Source: an uncultured virus (IMG/VR IMGVR_UViG_3300021957_005284)
Lineage: Duplodnaviria > Heunggongvirae > Uroviricota > Caudoviricetes
Length of the DNA: 64,000 nt
IMG/VR virus record: IMGVR_UViG_3300021957_005284
Direction: 5' to 3' (one strand)
A program made the position numbers and the translations under genes. Numbering within the stretch: position 1 is the stretch's first letter; every line of letters begins with the position of its first letter. The notes below the pieces were generated by a model. It was not told the origin of the DNA. It saw only the letters and a program-made list of their open reading frames with translations, and did not search any database. Of the stretch, positions 61,583 through 64,000 are shown in pieces.

Positions 61583-62234
61583 CTATTTTAATTTCATGCA
61601 TTTTATCTATTTCTTTATTTTCATCACTTCTTAATATTTTTGATGAAATTTTAATAAAATCATTCCATGATTTCACTAATATTTTTTCATTTATAATTAC
61701 ATTTCCAATTGGAAAATGAGGTTCAAAATTATTACTATCTATAATAGTTTCAATTAATTTTTTTATTATATTTACATCACCAATTATAAGTTGGTCATCT
61801 ATCCAATATCTATCAATAACTCCTTTTTTTGGAACTATATCTTTTGATATTTTGGGTTGATTATTTGAATTATTTAGATATAAAGTTTTTTCTTCAAGTT
61901 TAATATCTAATATATTGTTCCAATTACTAATTATATCGGTTCTATGTAATAAAACTTTTTCATATTTTGTTTCATCTAAATAATTAATTATATTTTTCCA
62001 ATGAAAATACATTGGTCCATGGTCTTTTTTAAATCTTGGTTCTAATTCATCAAAATTATTTATTAAAAGATTAACATGAGGAATGTATTTGTAAATTAAA
62101 TCTATTTTTTCTTTTGTTAGCTCGTTTGACCATGTTGAAACTATGACATCTACTTTATCCAAATTTTTTAAATATGGTAGTACTATATCAAATGTTCTGT
62201 ATTGTCCAAAAAATACTAATAAATCTTTTTTCAC
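61569..62234 (-). CDS. GT-like protein, FGQxR family (paralogue 2)
   Basis: FFGQYRTF, DVIVSTW, YE....HRTD, DD....G. Confidence 0.55.
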   Translation of the reverse strand: MKKDLLVFFGQYRTFDIVLPYLKNLDKVDVIVSTWSNELTKEKIDLIYKYIPHVNLLINNFDELEPRFKKDHGPMYFHWKNIINYLDETKYEKVLLHRTDIISNWNNILDIKLEEKTLYLNNSNNQPKISKDIVPKKGVIDRYWIDDQLIIGDVNIIKKLIETIIDSNNFEPHFPIGNVIINEKILVKSWNDFIKISSKILRSDENKEIDKMHEIKIDERV

Positions 62235-62255
62235 TTATCTAATAATTTTTTAAAT

Positions 62256-62858
62256 TTAAAATTTCTTTTTTCTTAACAAATTATATTTTGGTCTTGTTCT
62301 TTCAATAAATAACTCATTTGGTTCGTATGAAATATATTTTTTAACCATTTTATACCAAAAATAGTGAACATAAGGTAACCCATTTTTCATTCGAGGTGGG
62401 TTGTTAGTTTCTATGTAATTGTAAACAGATTTAAAAAAGTACAATAATTCATCTTTTTTACCAGCAAATATATAATCGTTTAAGGTTTTTTTTTCTTCTT
62501 TTTCTTCTACCCATATTTTGTTTTGTATATCTGAAATATGAGTAAATACGTCTTTCCATAATAAATCTAATCTTTTAACTACTATGTATTCATATTCTTC
62601 GTTTATTGATTCTAATGCTTTTATTATTCTATTACTCATTGCGTAAGATGGATACAAAAATAAATTATCATCTATTTTACATGGTTCGATAATAGTTCTG
62701 TGTTTTGTATCTGAAAAACCATCTTTGTATGAATAACTATGGGTAATACTCCATGTAGAAAGAATACTATCCCAATCATCAGGTAGATTTTCTGAGTCCC
62801 ATTCTATGGCTTTTCTTCTACCACGATATTCACCAAAAATAATTAAACATTTTTTCAT
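62256..62858 (-). CDS. GT-like protein, FGQxR family (paralogue 3)
   Basis: IFGEYR, STW, YEY....R.D, ND..FAG. Confidence 0.5.
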   Translation of the reverse strand: MKKCLIIFGEYRGRRKAIEWDSENLPDDWDSILSTWSITHSYSYKDGFSDTKHRTIIEPCKIDDNLFLYPSYAMSNRIIKALESINEEYEYIVVKRLDLLWKDVFTHISDIQNKIWVEEKEEKKTLNDYIFAGKKDELLYFFKSVYNYIETNNPPRMKNGLPYVHYFWYKMVKKYISYEPNELFIERTRPKYNLLRKKKF

Positions 62859-63784
62859 TTATCTAATAATTTTATTAACTCTTCTTTTACAAACTTTTCC
62901 ATCATTTGTGGTGAAGGATGTCCCCAACCATATTCGTGTATTTCTTTTTTATAATCCTCCCAACTTAAATATTTTCCATTTGATTCTTGAAAATAAGGAA
63001 CTCCTTTTTCAATATTATCAATTGTCCATTCTAATAATCCATTATAGTTTTTATAATGCCAATGATTTGGTTTATCAATAGGAACCTCATCAATATAAGG
63101 TTTAAGTATTTCATATTTTTCAAACCACAAATCTTTACTTGGAATATCAGAATTATTTTCTGGTGCACCAAACCATTGTTCATATGCTTCTATTGAGTAT
63201 GGATTTCTCATACTCATCCAATATGTACTGATTTGATTTTCTTTACAAAATCTTTCTAAATGTGACCAAGATTCTAACCAATGTAAAACTTGATTTAAAA
63301 TGTTGTTCCAATTGATATCTGCTTCCCAATATTTAATTGCGTTTTCAATACCATATTTTTTAAGTGCTGAATCTTCATCATCTGGTGGAGAAAATCCACC
63401 TGTTAAATAAAAGAATCCATTTTCAACTTCCCAATTTGGTGTATAAACCAAAGTATGACCATATTTTTCTCTATCTTGTTCTGTAAATTTAGATTTAATC
63501 CAAACCGATTCTCTATTAGGGTCTGACCATTGTCCAATTACTATAATATCTTTTGAAGATATTCCTTCACTCATTAATCTTTTGATATGATAAAAAAAGA
63601 TTCTACATAAACTAACATTATCATTTGTTGCACCACCATAGTTTAGAACCTTATATTGTTTACCTAATTCTTTTTGTAGATAATATGGCCAAGATAATCT
63701 TTCAGTATCTAATTCTTCTAAATTATTTGGATTTAATCTTACATTATTAGTAAAAGAGCAACCTGATGTTAGTACATATTTCAT
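62855..63784 (-). CDS. SGNH-like protein
   Basis: SGCSFT, SWP, N.G...N.N, QWS...R, GHPS. Confidence 0.75.
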   Translation of the reverse strand: MKYVLTSGCSFTNNVRLNPNNLEELDTERLSWPYYLQKELGKQYKVLNYGGATNDNVSLCRIFFYHIKRLMSEGISSKDIIVIGQWSDPNRESVWIKSKFTEQDREKYGHTLVYTPNWEVENGFFYLTGGFSPPDDEDSALKKYGIENAIKYWEADINWNNILNQVLHWLESWSHLERFCKENQISTYWMSMRNPYSIEAYEQWFGAPENNSDIPSKDLWFEKYEILKPYIDEVPIDKPNHWHYKNYNGLLEWTIDNIEKGVPYFQESNGKYLSWEDYKKEIHEYGWGHPSPQMMEKFVKEELIKLLDK

Positions 63785-64000
63785 ATAATTTGTTTGTATA
63801 TACTTTCTGCAATTTGTTTAGAAGCAATATCGTTAGGATGTCCTGGATTACCTTTTGTGTAATTATCATAATCCGTCCACATAAAATCTAAAATACTACT
63901 ATGTTCTTTAACTTTAATAAAATTTTTAAAAATATTATTATTAAATTTTTCATTAAATACATCTTTATACTGATGAGGATAATCACTTAAATCAAAATCT
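63781..64000 (-). CDS. SGNH-like protein, partial (3' end only)
   Basis: ...KGNPGHPNDIASKQIAESIYKQII*, matching the KGNPGH tail of 49701-50606. Confidence 0.65.
   Translation of the reverse strand, partial: DFDLSDYPHQYKDVFNEKFNNNIFKNFIKVKEHSSILDFMWTDYDNYTKGNPGHPNDIASKQIAESIYKQII

Overview
A 64 kb segment of a large, AT-rich dsDNA phage genome with a contractile tail. Essentially all real genes lie on the minus strand and read in the standard bacterial code. The host is very probably Bacteroidota (Flavobacteriia-like): ten copies of a TTG-N19/20-TAnnTTTG-type promoter and a Bacteroidota-type ribosomal protein bS21 are present. From left to right: a baseplate/virion module (1-8.7 kb), a gp55-like late sigma factor, an endolysin, and auxiliary and nucleotide genes (def, metK, thyA, uvsE, hsp20, phoH, dCMP deaminase, deoxyribonucleotidase, SF2 helicase). 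Then come four tRNAs, a B12-dependent radical SAM enzyme, two tandem DNA methyltransferases (one frameshifted), an early-gene region and a ~1.1 kb non-coding origin/terminus-like region. A large, dispersed glycan/protein-tailoring toolkit includes a carbamoyltransferase, sulfotransferases, FkbM, GT-like proteins, DegT and at least eight SGNH-like paralogues. The most novel candidates are: (1) a circularly permuted ATP-grasp-like protein fused to two back-to-back Hint domains, followed by an unannotated 45-aa peptide and tailoring enzymes; (2) a ~300-nt highly structured non-coding RNA with its own promoter and terminator; (3) a translation-hijack set (bS21 variant with a structured leader, ArfA-like peptide, Smr, PDF). 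All family calls are from motif recognition by eye; no database searches were run.
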